Source: an uncultured Bacilli bacterium (lineage in GTDB: Bacteria > Bacillota_I > Bacilli_A > RF39 > UBA660). From it: 64,000 nt of DNA. The position numbers and the translations under genes are program-made. The notes below the pieces were generated by a model. That model was not told the origin of the DNA, did no database searches, and worked only from the letters and a program-made list of their open reading frames with translations. Shown here one piece after another: positions 17,642-27,313 of this stretch. Position 1 is the first letter of the stretch, and every line of letters begins with the position of its first letter. The stretch is taken from positions 98,939 to 162,938 of the forward strand of contig CAKPDH010000001.1 in NCBI GenBank assembly GCA_934148845.1. The letters run 5' to 3'.

Positions 17642-20600
17642 ATGAACAAATCGAACTTAGTCAAAAAATTGACTATGATATTATTTACATTAGTAGCAAT
17701 CTTTGCTGTAGGATTAACTAATGTAAATGCAGAAACAACAACTGCAGTTGTTGAAGATCGAGATGCATTAGTAAAAAAGATGGATGATAAAACAACAGAT
17801 ATAGTTAGACTTAATAATAATATTGAACTATCAAGCGAATATAATACAACTTTCTCTATTGAAAAGTCAAAAACACTTGATTTAAATGGTCACACTATAA
17901 CTGTACCAGATGGTAAAGAAATTAATTTTTGGTATTATGCAGATGCTGATATTAAAATAATGAATTCTAGCAATAGTAGTTCTGCAAAAATTATTGGTAA
18001 TCATACTGGTTCATCGACCTATTTTTTGTTGCGTGGAGCAATTATTCGTGATGCAGAAAAGGTAAACTTTGAGATTGACGGTGTTGATTTTGAAGTGAAA
18101 AACAGTAATTTTACTACCATTGTTTTTATGAAAAATGGGCAAAAATATGAAAATCTCATTATAAAAAATTCTAATGTTAATGGGAATCAGTACTTATTTT
18201 GGTCTGGTGCTGCTAAAAAAGTTTATTTGGAAAGTATAACTTTAAACCGTGCTGAAGGTGCTGATAGAAATCTATATAGACAACTTAGTAATACTTCTTC
18301 TTTAACTGTTAATGATGTAATTGATGCCAATGCTGTTGTTGAGTATTATCCTAGTCGTGGTGTAAAAGCTACTGCTGATAGAACAGCAATACTTAATACT
18401 TCTGATCTTAATGCTTATTGGGGTCCAATAACAGTTAAATTTGCAAATGGATTTAATGTATCTAATGCTTCTTTAACTGGTAAATATGGTGAAACACCTG
18501 AGGCTAATATTACAATTAAAAATGTTGGTGAAAATAATTTACAAATTAAAAATGTAACAGTATCTGAACCTACAAAATTTGAAATCATTGGACCAACACA
18601 ACCAACAGTAATTGCTGGTACAACAAATACTGATTTTAAAGTAAAAGCAAAAGAAGGACTTTCTGTTGGTAATTATACTGCAACAATTACTGTAACTGAT
18701 ATGGGTGGTAAAACATATACAGCAACAGTTACATTAGTAGTTGAGAAAAAACAATTAGATGGTTTAGGTGCTGGATTTACTAGCAACTGGACTTATGGCG
18801 AAACAGCATTAGAACCTAACATTTCTGGTGTTGATTCACTAGGAGCAGATGAATACAAAGTTGAATATGCTAAAGCTGGTACTGATGATTGGAGTACAAT
18901 TAAACCTACTACAGCAGGAGATTATACAATTAGATTAACTATTACAGGATCTAATTATAAAACTGGTACTGCATCTTCAACGTTTAAGATTTTACCTACT
19001 GAAAAGGAAGTTAAAATTGTTGCTAATTCATCTAGTCATCAATATGATGGAAATGCTTATACTGATAATGGATATAAAATTTACTTTGATGGAACAGAAG
19101 TTACTGATGGTAAATTATTATATGATGATATTATTGGCAATGTAAAAATTAATGGTAGTGTTACTGATGTAGCTGATAATACTACTGTTGAAAACAATTT
19201 AATTGATAGATATAGTTATACAATTACAAATAAAGAAAGTTACAAAAATATTAAGTTAGTAGCTGGTAATATCAAAATCACACCAATTCCAACATCAATA
19301 GTTGTAAAAGCTGATTCAGATACTAAGGTATATGATGGTACTGAATTAACAAAAAATACTTATACATATACTGATGGTGTATTATTAGCTGGTGATACAT
19401 TAGAAGCTACAATTACTGGTAGCCAAAAATTTGTAGGTTCTTCAAATAATACTGTAAACAATGTTAAAGTAAAGAGAGATGGAAAAGATATTACTGATAA
19501 CTATACATTTGGAACTCATACATTTGGAAAACTAACAGTAACAAGTGCAGAACAACCTTTAGCAATTGCAGATCAATATGTAAAAGTTAATGGTTCTATA
19601 TTATTAAGTGATTTAGAACAAGAAGTAACTGGAGATGTAGGAAACATTGATTTTGCTATTAAATCAGGAACAGCACTTACATATGATGCTACAAATGATG
19701 AATATGTAGCAGGAGCAACTGCAGGAGATGTTGTAATGACAGTTACAGCAGTAAAAGTAAACCTTGGTGGAGATGATACACCTGAATGGAAAGAAACATC
19801 AAAAGACTTTACAGTTCATGTTGTAAATAAAGAAAATGTAACAATTACTGGTTTAGAGGATAATCAAGTATTTACTTTTGATAATACTACTAAAACTCCA
19901 TGGGGAACAGGCACAATTACAGTTGAAGATAATAAAGTCAATGTAAATGAATTAGAGATATTTTACAATGGAACTGGTAGCACAACATATAGTAGTAAGT
20001 TTGCTCCAGTAGATGCAGGTACTTATACAATAACTTATAAAGTTAAAGATAGTAATCCTGACTATGTAGGAAGTGTAACTTATGCTTTCACAATTAAGAA
20101 AGCACAATTAAATAAGCCAACTGCTAGTACAACATCATTTGTATATGATGGTACAAGTAAAGGATATAGTTCATTCCATGATACTGAAACATTTGAATTT
20201 ACAGGTACTAATACTGCTACAAATGTAGGTAATTATAGTCTTACAATATCTTTAAAAGATAAAGATAATTATGAGTGGGTTGGTGGTACAACTACTGATG
20301 TAGTTATTAACTGGTCTATTACTCAAGCAACACCTAATTATACAGTACCTACTGGGCTTGTTGGTGTTAAAGGTGATTTCTTAAGAAGCATTGCACTTCC
20401 TTATGGATTTACTTGGAATAATCCTAATGAGTTATTAAATGCTGGAACTCATACTTATAAAGCTACATATACACCTGCAGATACAACAAATTATAAAACA
20501 GTAACAGACATTGATGTAACTGTTGTTGTAAAAAATAAATTTGTTTTAGTAGGAATTGTTAATGGTGGAAATGGTACAATAAGCGTTTCTAGTCTAGAAG

Positions 20601-21391
20601 TATTAGAAGGAGAAAAAGCAGAAGTTGTATTTACACCAGATACTGGTTATATGATTGACAAAGTTCTTGTTGAAGAAACTGAAGTTGAAGTTACTGGTAA
20701 TAAATTAGAACTTACTATGGATGGAAATAAATTAGTTACAGTAAGTTATAAGAAAATACCATTTACAGTAACTGTTAAAGATGTAACTGGTGCTACTGTT
20801 ACTCCAAATGGAGCTGTTAGTGTAAATTATGGTGATAATAAAGAATTCACAATCACAGTTAATAGTGGTTATAAATTAGTTAAAGTTTTAGTAAATGGAA
20901 CTGATAAAACTGCTGATATGGTTGATGATAAATTAACACTTTCAAACATTACTGCTAATATGGAATTAGAAGCAGTTGTAGAAAAAATAGTTTATGAAGT
21001 AACTGAAGGAGCTAATCAAAAATATACAATTACTAAAAATAGTGAAGCTAAATTCAAAATAAATGCTGACTTTAGATTATTTGATGATGGTAAAGTATAT
21101 GTTGATAATGAATTAGTTGATCCTAAAAATTATACAGCAGAATCAGGGAGCACAATAATTACATTAAAGAAGGAATTTGTTGATACATTATCAGTTGGAG
21201 AACATACTTTAAAAGTATTATTCAATGATGGTGGAGAAGCAACAACAAAATTTACTGTAGCAAGAGTAACAGTGCCTACTGATAATCCAAATACTGGAGA
21301 TAATATTGGATTCTATATAATAAGTGGAATCTTATCAATCGTAGGACTTGCTTTAATTGGAATCTTTTATAGAAGAAAACAGACAAATTAA
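17642..21391 (+). CDS. Large cell-wall-anchored surface protein (putative adhesin) with Ig-like/MBG-type repeats, divergent InlB-B-type repeats and a C-terminal NPNTG sorting signal
   Basis: Sec signal peptide (..GLTNVNA|ETT). N-terminal region rich in N/S/G, possibly beta-helical. Multiple repeats of the form GTYTITYKVKDSNPDYVG.. / NYSLTISLKDKDNY.. and GNGTISVSS..GYMIDKVLV.. / TVTPNGAVSVNYGDN..GYKLVKVLVNG. C-terminus ..VPTDNPNTGDNIGFYIISGILSIVGLALIGIFYRRKQTN = sorting motif + TM + basic tail. Confidence 0.7.
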   Translation: MNKSNLVKKLTMILFTLVAIFAVGLTNVNAETTTAVVEDRDALVKKMDDKTTDIVRLNNNIELSSEYNTTFSIEKSKTLDLNGHTITVPDGKEINFWYYADADIKIMNSSNSSSAKIIGNHTGSSTYFLLRGAIIRDAEKVNFEIDGVDFEVKNSNFTTIVFMKNGQKYENLIIKNSNVNGNQYLFWSGAAKKVYLESITLNRAEGADRNLYRQLSNTSSLTVNDVIDANAVVEYYPSRGVKATADRTAILNTSDLNAYWGPITVKFANGFNVSNASLTGKYGETPEANITIKNVGENNLQIKNVTVSEPTKFEIIGPTQPTVIAGTTNTDFKVKAKEGLSVGNYTATITVTDMGGKTYTATVTLVVEKKQLDGLGAGFTSNWTYGETALEPNISGVDSLGADEYKVEYAKAGTDDWSTIKPTTAGDYTIRLTITGSNYKTGTASSTFKILPTEKEVKIVANSSSHQYDGNAYTDNGYKIYFDGTEVTDGKLLYDDIIGNVKINGSVTDVADNTTVENNLIDRYSYTITNKESYKNIKLVAGNIKITPIPTSIVVKADSDTKVYDGTELTKNTYTYTDGVLLAGDTLEATITGSQKFVGSSNNTVNNVKVKRDGKDITDNYTFGTHTFGKLTVTSAEQPLAIADQYVKVNGSILLSDLEQEVTGDVGNIDFAIKSGTALTYDATNDEYVAGATAGDVVMTVTAVKVNLGGDDTPEWKETSKDFTVHVVNKENVTITGLEDNQVFTFDNTTKTPWGTGTITVEDNKVNVNELEIFYNGTGSTTYSSKFAPVDAGTYTITYKVKDSNPDYVGSVTYAFTIKKAQLNKPTASTTSFVYDGTSKGYSSFHDTETFEFTGTNTATNVGNYSLTISLKDKDNYEWVGGTTTDVVINWSITQATPNYTVPTGLVGVKGDFLRSIALPYGFTWNNPNELLNAGTHTYKATYTPADTTNYKTVTDIDVTVVVKNKFVLVGIVNGGNGTISVSSLEVLEGEKAEVVFTPDTGYMIDKVLVEETEVEVTGNKLELTMDGNKLVTVSYKKIPFTVTVKDVTGATVTPNGAVSVNYGDNKEFTITVNSGYKLVKVLVNGTDKTADMVDDKLTLSNITANMELEAVVEKIVYEVTEGANQKYTITKNSEAKFKINADFRLFDDGKVYVDNELVDPKNYTAESGSTIITLKKEFVDTLSVGEHTLKVLFNDGGEATTKFTVARVTVPTDNPNTGDNIGFYIISGILSIVGLALIGIFYRRKQTN

Positions 21392-21396
21392 ACTGT

Positions 21397-21425
21397 GAGT
21401 TAGAGTTTTCTCTAACTCCTTTTTA
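21397..21425 (+). terminator. Rho-independent terminator after the adhesin gene
   Basis: GAGTTAGAG-tttt-CTCTAACTC followed by CTTTTT. Confidence 0.7.
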
Positions 21426-21434
21426 ATATAAAAT

Positions 21435-21944
21435 TTGAGGGATGGTAATGTGAAAAAGACAAAATTAAAGATAAAGAAACTATCTAAAAAACAAATTATC
21501 ATTATTTCAAGTATTCTTCTAGTTGTTATACTAATTATTGTTTTACTATCACAAAAAGAACCATATGTTGGTAAAATAAAGGATGGTAAAGTAGTGTACA
21601 TTGATAGAGTTAAAAATGTAACAGTATATCCTGAAAAAAATAAGACATTAATAGAGTTTGAGAATAATGAGGAACTTATTGATAATTGTATAATATCAAA
21701 TGAAATATATGATAAATTTAAGAGTAATGATCCACTTTATAATATAACAGTTAAAGACTATTCTAAATTATCTAACTTATCAGCTAAAGAAAATTATAAT
21801 ATAAATAAATCTTTACAATTAAAGTTAGTAAAAGAAGATGATAGTTATGCTGATTATTATGCAATGACTTGTGGATTTAAAAATAAAGAAGAACTTATGA
21901 AATATACAAAGGCAGTTATAAAACTTGCTAATGAAGCTAAATAA
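21435..21944 (+). CDS. Membrane-anchored hypothetical protein (169 aa)
   Basis: Single N-terminal TM (IIIISSILLVVILIIVLL), extracytoplasmic C-terminal domain with one Cys pair. The start is ambiguous (ATG 21435 or GTG 21450; GAGGGA RBS precedes the GTG). Confidence 0.4.
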   Translation: MRDGNVKKTKLKIKKLSKKQIIIISSILLVVILIIVLLSQKEPYVGKIKDGKVVYIDRVKNVTVYPEKNKTLIEFENNEELIDNCIISNEIYDKFKSNDPLYNITVKDYSKLSNLSAKENYNINKSLQLKLVKEDDSYADYYAMTCGFKNKEELMKYTKAVIKLANEAK

Positions 21945-22031
21945 TAACTAAATTAAAAAACACGATAAAATTAAATAAATGTTTTAAAATAAAGAATTTT
22001 ATAGTATAATAAAATTAGAGGAGGAGTGAAT

Positions 22032-23183
22032 ATGTCTAATAATGGCAAAAAAAGTATAATTATTGGAGCAATTTTTGGCATTTTATTGCTTACAATTGTT
22101 ATAATTTTATCTTGGTTTTTAAATCGAAAGTTTGATGTTACTTTTGATTTAGATAACGGTACTAAAAATGAAGTAGTACAAGTTAAATATAATAAAACCA
22201 TAAACAAAAAAAATGTCAAAGATCAAAAAGAGCTAGGTGAATTATTTATAGGCTGGTATGAAGTAGTTGATGTTAAAGATAAAAAAGATATTTTAGCAAA
22301 AAAAGAATTTGATTTTAAAACTAAAATTAATAGAAATGTTAAATTAAAAGCAGTTTATGAACAAAAGCCAAAAACTATTACTATTACATTTGATTCTAAA
22401 GGAGGAAGTAAAGTTGAACCTATTACCATAAATGAAGGTTCAGAATTAATATTACCAAAAAATCCAACTTATAGTGGATACACATTTAAATGTTGGGAGG
22501 ACAAGAATGAAAAACCAATTTACAATAATGTAGTATTAGCAGAAGATACAACTTTATATGCTAAATGGGAAAAAGATGAGCCTAAAAAGTCAAATACTAA
22601 AAAGGATGAGTCTAAAAAGTCAAATACTAAAAAAGAAGATCAAAAAAAAGATAAGCCAAAAGAAGTTGTATATTACTGTGATTCAGGATATGTTTTAGAA
22701 GGAACTAAATGTACTAAAACAGAAAAGAAAATCTCTGAGATTATTTATTCTTGTAGTTCACCTTACAGTTTATCTATAGATGATAAATGTATTGATATTA
22801 CTAAGAAAACGGATTTAGTAAAAGTATGTGCAGAATATAAAGGATATAAAGGAGTAATTGCTCAAGGAAGTCCATTATGTTTCTATCATGATATAGGTCC
22901 AGGTAGTAGTTATCAAGAATGTGTATCTATACATAATAGTCAAGAAGTAGGACAATATAATGGAAGATGCTATGAATTTAAAAAAATGAAAGATGATAAT
23001 AGCAACAATTTAATAATAAGTTCTTGTCCTGAAGGCTATACAGAATTTCGACCATCAACATCAAGTAATCCTGTATGTGGTAAATCTGTAAATGCAAAAA
23101 AAACTTATGCGTGTCCTAGTGGATACCGTTTATCTGGCAAAAATTGTTTAAAGACAGTAACTGTTGATGCTAAGAAAAAATAA
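22032..23183 (+). CDS. Membrane-anchored surface protein with two Listeria-Bacteroides (Flg_new) repeats and a triple Cys-containing repeat
   Basis: N-terminal TM. VTFDLDNG..FIGWYEV and TITFDSKGGSKVEPITINEGS..YSGYTFKCWED..LYAKWE are typical Flg_new repeats. Lys-rich linker (KKSNTKKDE x2). Then three copies of C.SGY.L.G..C (YYCDSGYVLEGTKC; YSCSSPYSLSIDDKC; YACPSGYRLSGKNC). RBS GAGGAGG before the ATG at 22032. Confidence 0.55.
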   Translation: MSNNGKKSIIIGAIFGILLLTIVIILSWFLNRKFDVTFDLDNGTKNEVVQVKYNKTINKKNVKDQKELGELFIGWYEVVDVKDKKDILAKKEFDFKTKINRNVKLKAVYEQKPKTITITFDSKGGSKVEPITINEGSELILPKNPTYSGYTFKCWEDKNEKPIYNNVVLAEDTTLYAKWEKDEPKKSNTKKDESKKSNTKKEDQKKDKPKEVVYYCDSGYVLEGTKCTKTEKKISEIIYSCSSPYSLSIDDKCIDITKKTDLVKVCAEYKGYKGVIAQGSPLCFYHDIGPGSSYQECVSIHNSQEVGQYNGRCYEFKKMKDDNSNNLIISSCPEGYTEFRPSTSSNPVCGKSVNAKKTYACPSGYRLSGKNCLKTVTVDAKKK

Positions 23184-23246
23184 TATTAAATTTATTCTAA
23201 AATATAATATAATTTAATGATTTTGTAGATAAAATTAAAAGTTAAT

Positions 23247-23284
23247 AAGCCTTGTTTCTTTTTGTATAGAAATAAGGCTTTTTA
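23247..23284 (+). terminator. Rho-independent terminator
   Basis: 13-bp stem AAGCCTTGTTTCT / AGAAATAAGGCTT (1 mismatch), 8-nt loop, T4. Confidence 0.6.
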
Positions 23285-23597
23285 ATATATAGATATTTTT
23301 ATCAAGACTGAGATAAATAAATTTAAAACTATCAATTTTTTATTTTACTTTACAATTTATATAAAAAATCAATAAAAAGTGCAGAAACTCTACCGAAAAC
23401 GAGAGAAACATGATATTATATATATAGCAAGAGAATATATATAAAGAAAGGAGGCTTTGTTTAAGTTTAGTTGTAGATTAATTAAGAATAAAATTTAATT
23501 TTATATTCATTGCTAAAAAATTAAAATAAATTGTATTTCATATAATTTTTAAATTAAAATATTTACAATTATATATACAATATGATAGGAGAAACAT

Positions 23598-24392
23598 ATG
23601 AATATTAAAAAAATAGTTAAAATAATTATTTTAATTGCTTTTATAAGCGTAATATGTATATTTACATATGTATTGTCTATGAATAAGAAAATTAATCTTC
23701 CTAAAATGGATGAATTTAAAGAGATAATACTAAAAGAGAATGATAAGATATTTGTTATTGATGGAAAGAAAGATATAGAAAATATATATAAAATTTTAAA
23801 AGATAAGAAGTCTATAAAAAAAAGTATTGAAGATACTCCAAAAGGTGTAAAATCATTTGTAAAAATATCATTTGTTATAAATGATTCTGAAAAAAATAAA
23901 ATGAATATTTATACAAAAAACGATAGCTATTATATTGAAGAACCATATAACAGAATATTTAAACTAAGTAAAGAGGAATATGAGAATATTGTTAATTATA
24001 TATCTAGCCCATATACTATTGGCAAATTATCTAATTATAACATTACTAATGATAAGATAATTATGGAGATAAAAGAAGACTCTAGTATGAATAAAAAAAT
24101 TAATTTAACTATAAAAAATATGACAAATAAAATTTATGAATATGGTGAAGAGTATTTTATTGAAATAAAAAAAGATGGTGGATGGTATAAATTAAAGTGG
24201 GTAAATGAACCTGAATTTAATTTAATATTACATTTAATTAAAGGGGAAGAAACAACTACAGATATTATTGATGTATCATTTAAAGATTTATTAGGAAAAG
24301 GTAAATATAGACTCGTAAAATCTTTTAGTGAGAAAAATGCAACAGAAGATATTGAAACAGTATATGCTGCCGCTGAATTTGAAATAAAATAA
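23598..24392 (+). CDS. Membrane-anchored hypothetical protein (264 aa)
   Basis: N-terminal TM (IILIAFISVICIFTYVL), Lys/Glu-rich extracytoplasmic domain. RBS GGAGAAA. No recognisable catalytic motif. Confidence 0.45.
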   Translation: MNIKKIVKIIILIAFISVICIFTYVLSMNKKINLPKMDEFKEIILKENDKIFVIDGKKDIENIYKILKDKKSIKKSIEDTPKGVKSFVKISFVINDSEKNKMNIYTKNDSYYIEEPYNRIFKLSKEEYENIVNYISSPYTIGKLSNYNITNDKIIMEIKEDSSMNKKINLTIKNMTNKIYEYGEEYFIEIKKDGGWYKLKWVNEPEFNLILHLIKGEETTTDIIDVSFKDLLGKGKYRLVKSFSEKNATEDIETVYAAAEFEIK

Positions 24393-24457
24393 ACAAGCTA
24401 TAATAAATTTAATAATTTTATAGTATTTAAAATAGAAATTACATGCATTATTTAATC

Positions 24458-24492
24458 CTAATTAAGTTAATCCTTAATTAGGATTTTATAAT
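24458..24492 (+). terminator. Hairpin terminator after the 23598 gene
   Basis: 13-bp perfect inverted repeat AATCCTAATTAAG / CTTAATTAGGATT followed by a T-rich tract. Confidence 0.5.
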
Positions 24493-24619
24493 TTAGTAAA
24501 GTTTAAAAATAGGTAAGTACATTAAGTACTTTTAGTAATAAATAGTAAATATTACGGGATCTGAGTGTTTTTAATTGACTATAAAAAATATATATGTTAA
24601 AATTTAGATGGTGATTATA

Positions 24620-25327
24620 ATGGAGGATTTAAAAATACCAAATCACGTTGCAATTATATTAGATGGTAATGGAAGATGGGCAAAAAAAAGGGGATTAATT
24701 AGAAGTTTAGGTCATAAAGCAGGGTTTGAAAATTTAAGAAATTTATCTAAGTATATATTTGATAAAGGAGTAAAAGTATTAAGCGTTTTTGCATTTTCAA
24801 CAGAAAATTTTAAAAGAGATAAATCAGAAGTTGACTATTTAATGAATTTATTTGCTAATAATTTCAAAAAGTATGTTAACAAGGAAGATAATGTTAAAAT
24901 AGTGTTTTCGGGTATTAGGGGAGGTAAGTTACCTCAAAAAGTAATAGATGCTATGAATGAAGTGGAGGAAATTACTAAAGATTGTGATGGGCATATATTT
25001 AATATTTGTGTTAATTTTGGAGGAAGAGCAGATATTGTTGATGCGACAAAAAAGATTGTTAAAGAATGCTTAGATGGAAAACTTGATATAGATGATTTAG
25101 ATGAAGAAAAATATAAAGAATACCTATATAATGGAATACCAGATATAGATTTACTTATAAGAACTAGTGGAGAATTTAGAATTAGTAATTTCTTACTATA
25201 TCAATCAGCATATGCAGAATTTTATTTTCCTGAAACATTTTTCCCAGATTTTAATGAGGAAGAATTTGATAAGGCCATACTTGCATATAATAAAAGGGAT
25301 AGAAGATTTGGTGGAATAAAGAAATAA
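24620..25327 (+). CDS. uppS: Isoprenyl transferase (undecaprenyl-diphosphate synthase)
   Basis: HVAIILDGNGRWAKKRG, FAFSTENFKR, ..LLIRTSGE.R.SNFLLYQSAYAEF.., RRFGGI: canonical cis-prenyltransferase motifs. TTGACT-17-TAAAAT promoter upstream. Confidence 0.85.
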   Translation: MEDLKIPNHVAIILDGNGRWAKKRGLIRSLGHKAGFENLRNLSKYIFDKGVKVLSVFAFSTENFKRDKSEVDYLMNLFANNFKKYVNKEDNVKIVFSGIRGGKLPQKVIDAMNEVEEITKDCDGHIFNICVNFGGRADIVDATKKIVKECLDGKLDIDDLDEEKYKEYLYNGIPDIDLLIRTSGEFRISNFLLYQSAYAEFYFPETFFPDFNEEEFDKAILAYNKRDRRFGGIKK

Positions 25328-25337
25328 GGGGTAGATA

Positions 25338-25499
25338 ATGGAAAAGAAAGAATCTATTTTATATAAAAAGCTTAATTTAGCATTTGTATATATTTTTATA
25401 TTTTTAATAGGAATGTTAATTGTGTTTTTTATGACAAGCTATTTAAATAATAAAGTTAAAGAATTTAATAATGAAATAGTTACAAATACAAATAAGTGA
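25338..25499 (+). CDS. Small membrane protein (53 aa, not in the ORF track)
   Basis: ATG with RBS AAGGGG 6 nt upstream. MEKKESILYKKLNLAFVYIFIFLIGMLIVFFMTSYLNNK.. has one TM helix. Sits between uppS and the mraZ promoter. Confidence 0.3.
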   Translation: MEKKESILYKKLNLAFVYIFIFLIGMLIVFFMTSYLNNKVKEFNNEIVTNTNK

Positions 25500-25533
25500 T
25501 TTACACATATTTGTTTTTTTTTACTTAAATATA

Positions 25534-25598
25534 TTTACAAAACAATAAAAAAAGGTTATAATTGTGGTGAAATGTTACATAAAGTGGTAAAAAGTGGG
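25534..25598 (+). promoter_or_regulatory. mraZ promoter with MraZ-type direct-repeat operator
   Basis: TTTACA-17-TATAAT, followed by GTGG at 25564, 25584, and 25594 (GTGGG) with a 10-bp register between the last two, resembling the TGGGN direct repeats bound by MraZ. Confidence 0.5.
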
Positions 25599-25606
25599 TG
25601 ATAAAT

Positions 25607-26029
25607 ATGTTTATGGGGGAGTATCATCACAGTATAGATTCCAAAGGTAGATTAATTATTCCAGCTAAATTAAGATATGATTTAGGTGAGAATTTTGTAA
25701 TTACTAGAGGTCTTGATGGATGCTTATTTATATATCCTAATGCAGCTTGGGATAAAATAATAGATAAGTATAAAGATTTACCAGAAACAACATATAAAAG
25801 AAAATTTATGAGAATCTTTTTATCAGGTGCTAAAAGAGGGGAATTTGATCGACAAGGAAGAATAAATATTCCACCTCCACTAATCCAATATGCAAGTTTA
25901 ATTAAAGACTGTATAATAATTGGTGTAGATGAAAGATTAGAAATTTGGAGTAAGGAGAAATGGGAAGATTTTATTAAAGATAATGAAGTTAATTTGTCTT
26001 TAATAGCTGATAATCTTTTTAACAATTAA
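25607..26029 (+). CDS. mraZ: Transcriptional regulator MraZ
   Basis: MFMGEYHHSIDSKGRLIIPAKLR.. matches B. subtilis MraZ ([23 protein letters not shown]); two SpoVT/AbrB-like halves. Confidence 0.85.
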   Translation: MFMGEYHHSIDSKGRLIIPAKLRYDLGENFVITRGLDGCLFIYPNAAWDKIIDKYKDLPETTYKRKFMRIFLSGAKRGEFDRQGRINIPPPLIQYASLIKDCIIIGVDERLEIWSKEKWEDFIKDNEVNLSLIADNLFNN

Positions 26030-26030
26030 T

Positions 26031-26939
26031 ATGCATAAATCAGTTTTACTTAATGAATGTATTGAAAATTTAAATTTATCCCTAGATAGTATAGTTGTTG
26101 ATTGTACTCTTGGATATGGTGGTCATAGTAGTGAAATATTAAAACGTATACCAAAAGGTATGTTATATTCTTTCGATCAAGATATGGATGCTATTAAATA
26201 TAGTAGTGAAAGACTAAGTAAAATATCTAGTAATTATGAAATAATTAATAGTAACTTTGTGAATATAAAGAAAGAATTAAATAATCGTAATATACATAAG
26301 GTAGATTCAATATTATATGACCTTGGAGTATCAAGTCCACAATTAGATGAAGGAGATAGGGGATTTAGTTTTCATAAAGATGCAAGGCTTGATATGAGAA
26401 TGGATAGATCTTCTAGTCTTGATGCATATGAAGTTGTAAATAATTACTCGCTAGATAAATTAATTGAAATATTTCATAAATATGGTGAGGAAAAATATTC
26501 TAGTAAAATTGCTAGAGGTATTGTTAATTCAAGACCTATAAATACAACTTTAGAACTCGTTGAAGTTATAAAGCGTAATGTTCCAGAAAAATATAGGAGA
26601 GAAAAACATCCGGCAAGAAAAATATTTCAAGCAATTCGCATAGAGGTAAATGATGAGTTAAATGTATTTGAAAAAAGTCTTAAAGATTCGTTAGATCTTA
26701 TAACTATAGGTGGTAGAATATGCGTTATAACATTTCATTCATTAGAAGATAAAATATGTAAAGATTTATTTAAAAGAGTAAGTTCTATAGATCCAAATTT
26801 AAAACATTTACCTGTTATACCAGATGAATATTTACCAAAATATAAGGTTTTAAAAACTATAGAGCCTAGTAAACTTGAACTTGATACAAATAATAGATCA
26901 AGAAGTGCTAAACTTAGAATCATAGAAAGAATAGGATGA
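26031..26939 (+). CDS. rsmH: 16S rRNA (cytosine1402-N4)-methyltransferase RsmH (MraW)
   Basis: VDCTLGYGGHS, DLGVSSPQLD, FHSLEDK, ..RSRSAKLR.. are RsmH signatures; follows mraZ. Confidence 0.9.
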   Translation: MHKSVLLNECIENLNLSLDSIVVDCTLGYGGHSSEILKRIPKGMLYSFDQDMDAIKYSSERLSKISSNYEIINSNFVNIKKELNNRNIHKVDSILYDLGVSSPQLDEGDRGFSFHKDARLDMRMDRSSSLDAYEVVNNYSLDKLIEIFHKYGEEKYSSKIARGIVNSRPINTTLELVEVIKRNVPEKYRREKHPARKIFQAIRIEVNDELNVFEKSLKDSLDLITIGGRICVITFHSLEDKICKDLFKRVSSIDPNLKHLPVIPDEYLPKYKVLKTIEPSKLELDTNNRSRSAKLRIIERIG

Positions 26940-26943
26940 TAAA

Positions 26944-27237
26944 ATGAAAAAAAATACAAAAAAAATAGTTCGTCTTACAAGGGGTGAAAGAATGTTATAT
27001 TCACTAGGATTATTATGTTTTGCTTTTACTATTGTAACTAAGGTTTTTTTAAGTGCAAGTATTGGTAATATAAAAATGGATATGGAAAAGATTTCTTATA
27101 AAATAGATAATCAAAAGAAAAAGAATCAAAGCTTAGCAATGCAAGTTAATGAACTTACTTCATATGAAAACTTAAATAATGTTTTAAAAGATATGGGTCT
27201 TGCTTATAATAACGAGAACATAGTAACTATAAAATAG
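26944..27237 (+). CDS. ftsL: Cell division protein FtsL-like
   Basis: 97 aa, single TM after a basic N-terminus, then coiled-coil; third position of the dcw cluster. Confidence 0.55.
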   Translation: MKKNTKKIVRLTRGERMLYSLGLLCFAFTIVTKVFLSASIGNIKMDMEKISYKIDNQKKKNQSLAMQVNELTSYENLNNVLKDMGLAYNNENIVTIK

Positions 27238-27277
27238 GGTTTCCTATTTTTATTTTTATAAAAATAAAAAAATTGTA

Positions 27278-27306
27278 TTGACAAAATAAAAAATCTAATC
27301 TATAAT
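27278..27306 (+). promoter_or_regulatory. Consensus sigma-A promoter of the T-box leader
   Basis: TTGACA, 17-nt spacer, TATAAT. Confidence 0.65.
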
Positions 27307-27313
27307 TAGTACA

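Noticed and set aside
25627-26025. 132-aa minus-strand ORF antisense to mraZ
   Set aside because: Fully embedded in a highly conserved gene on the opposite strand. No RBS.
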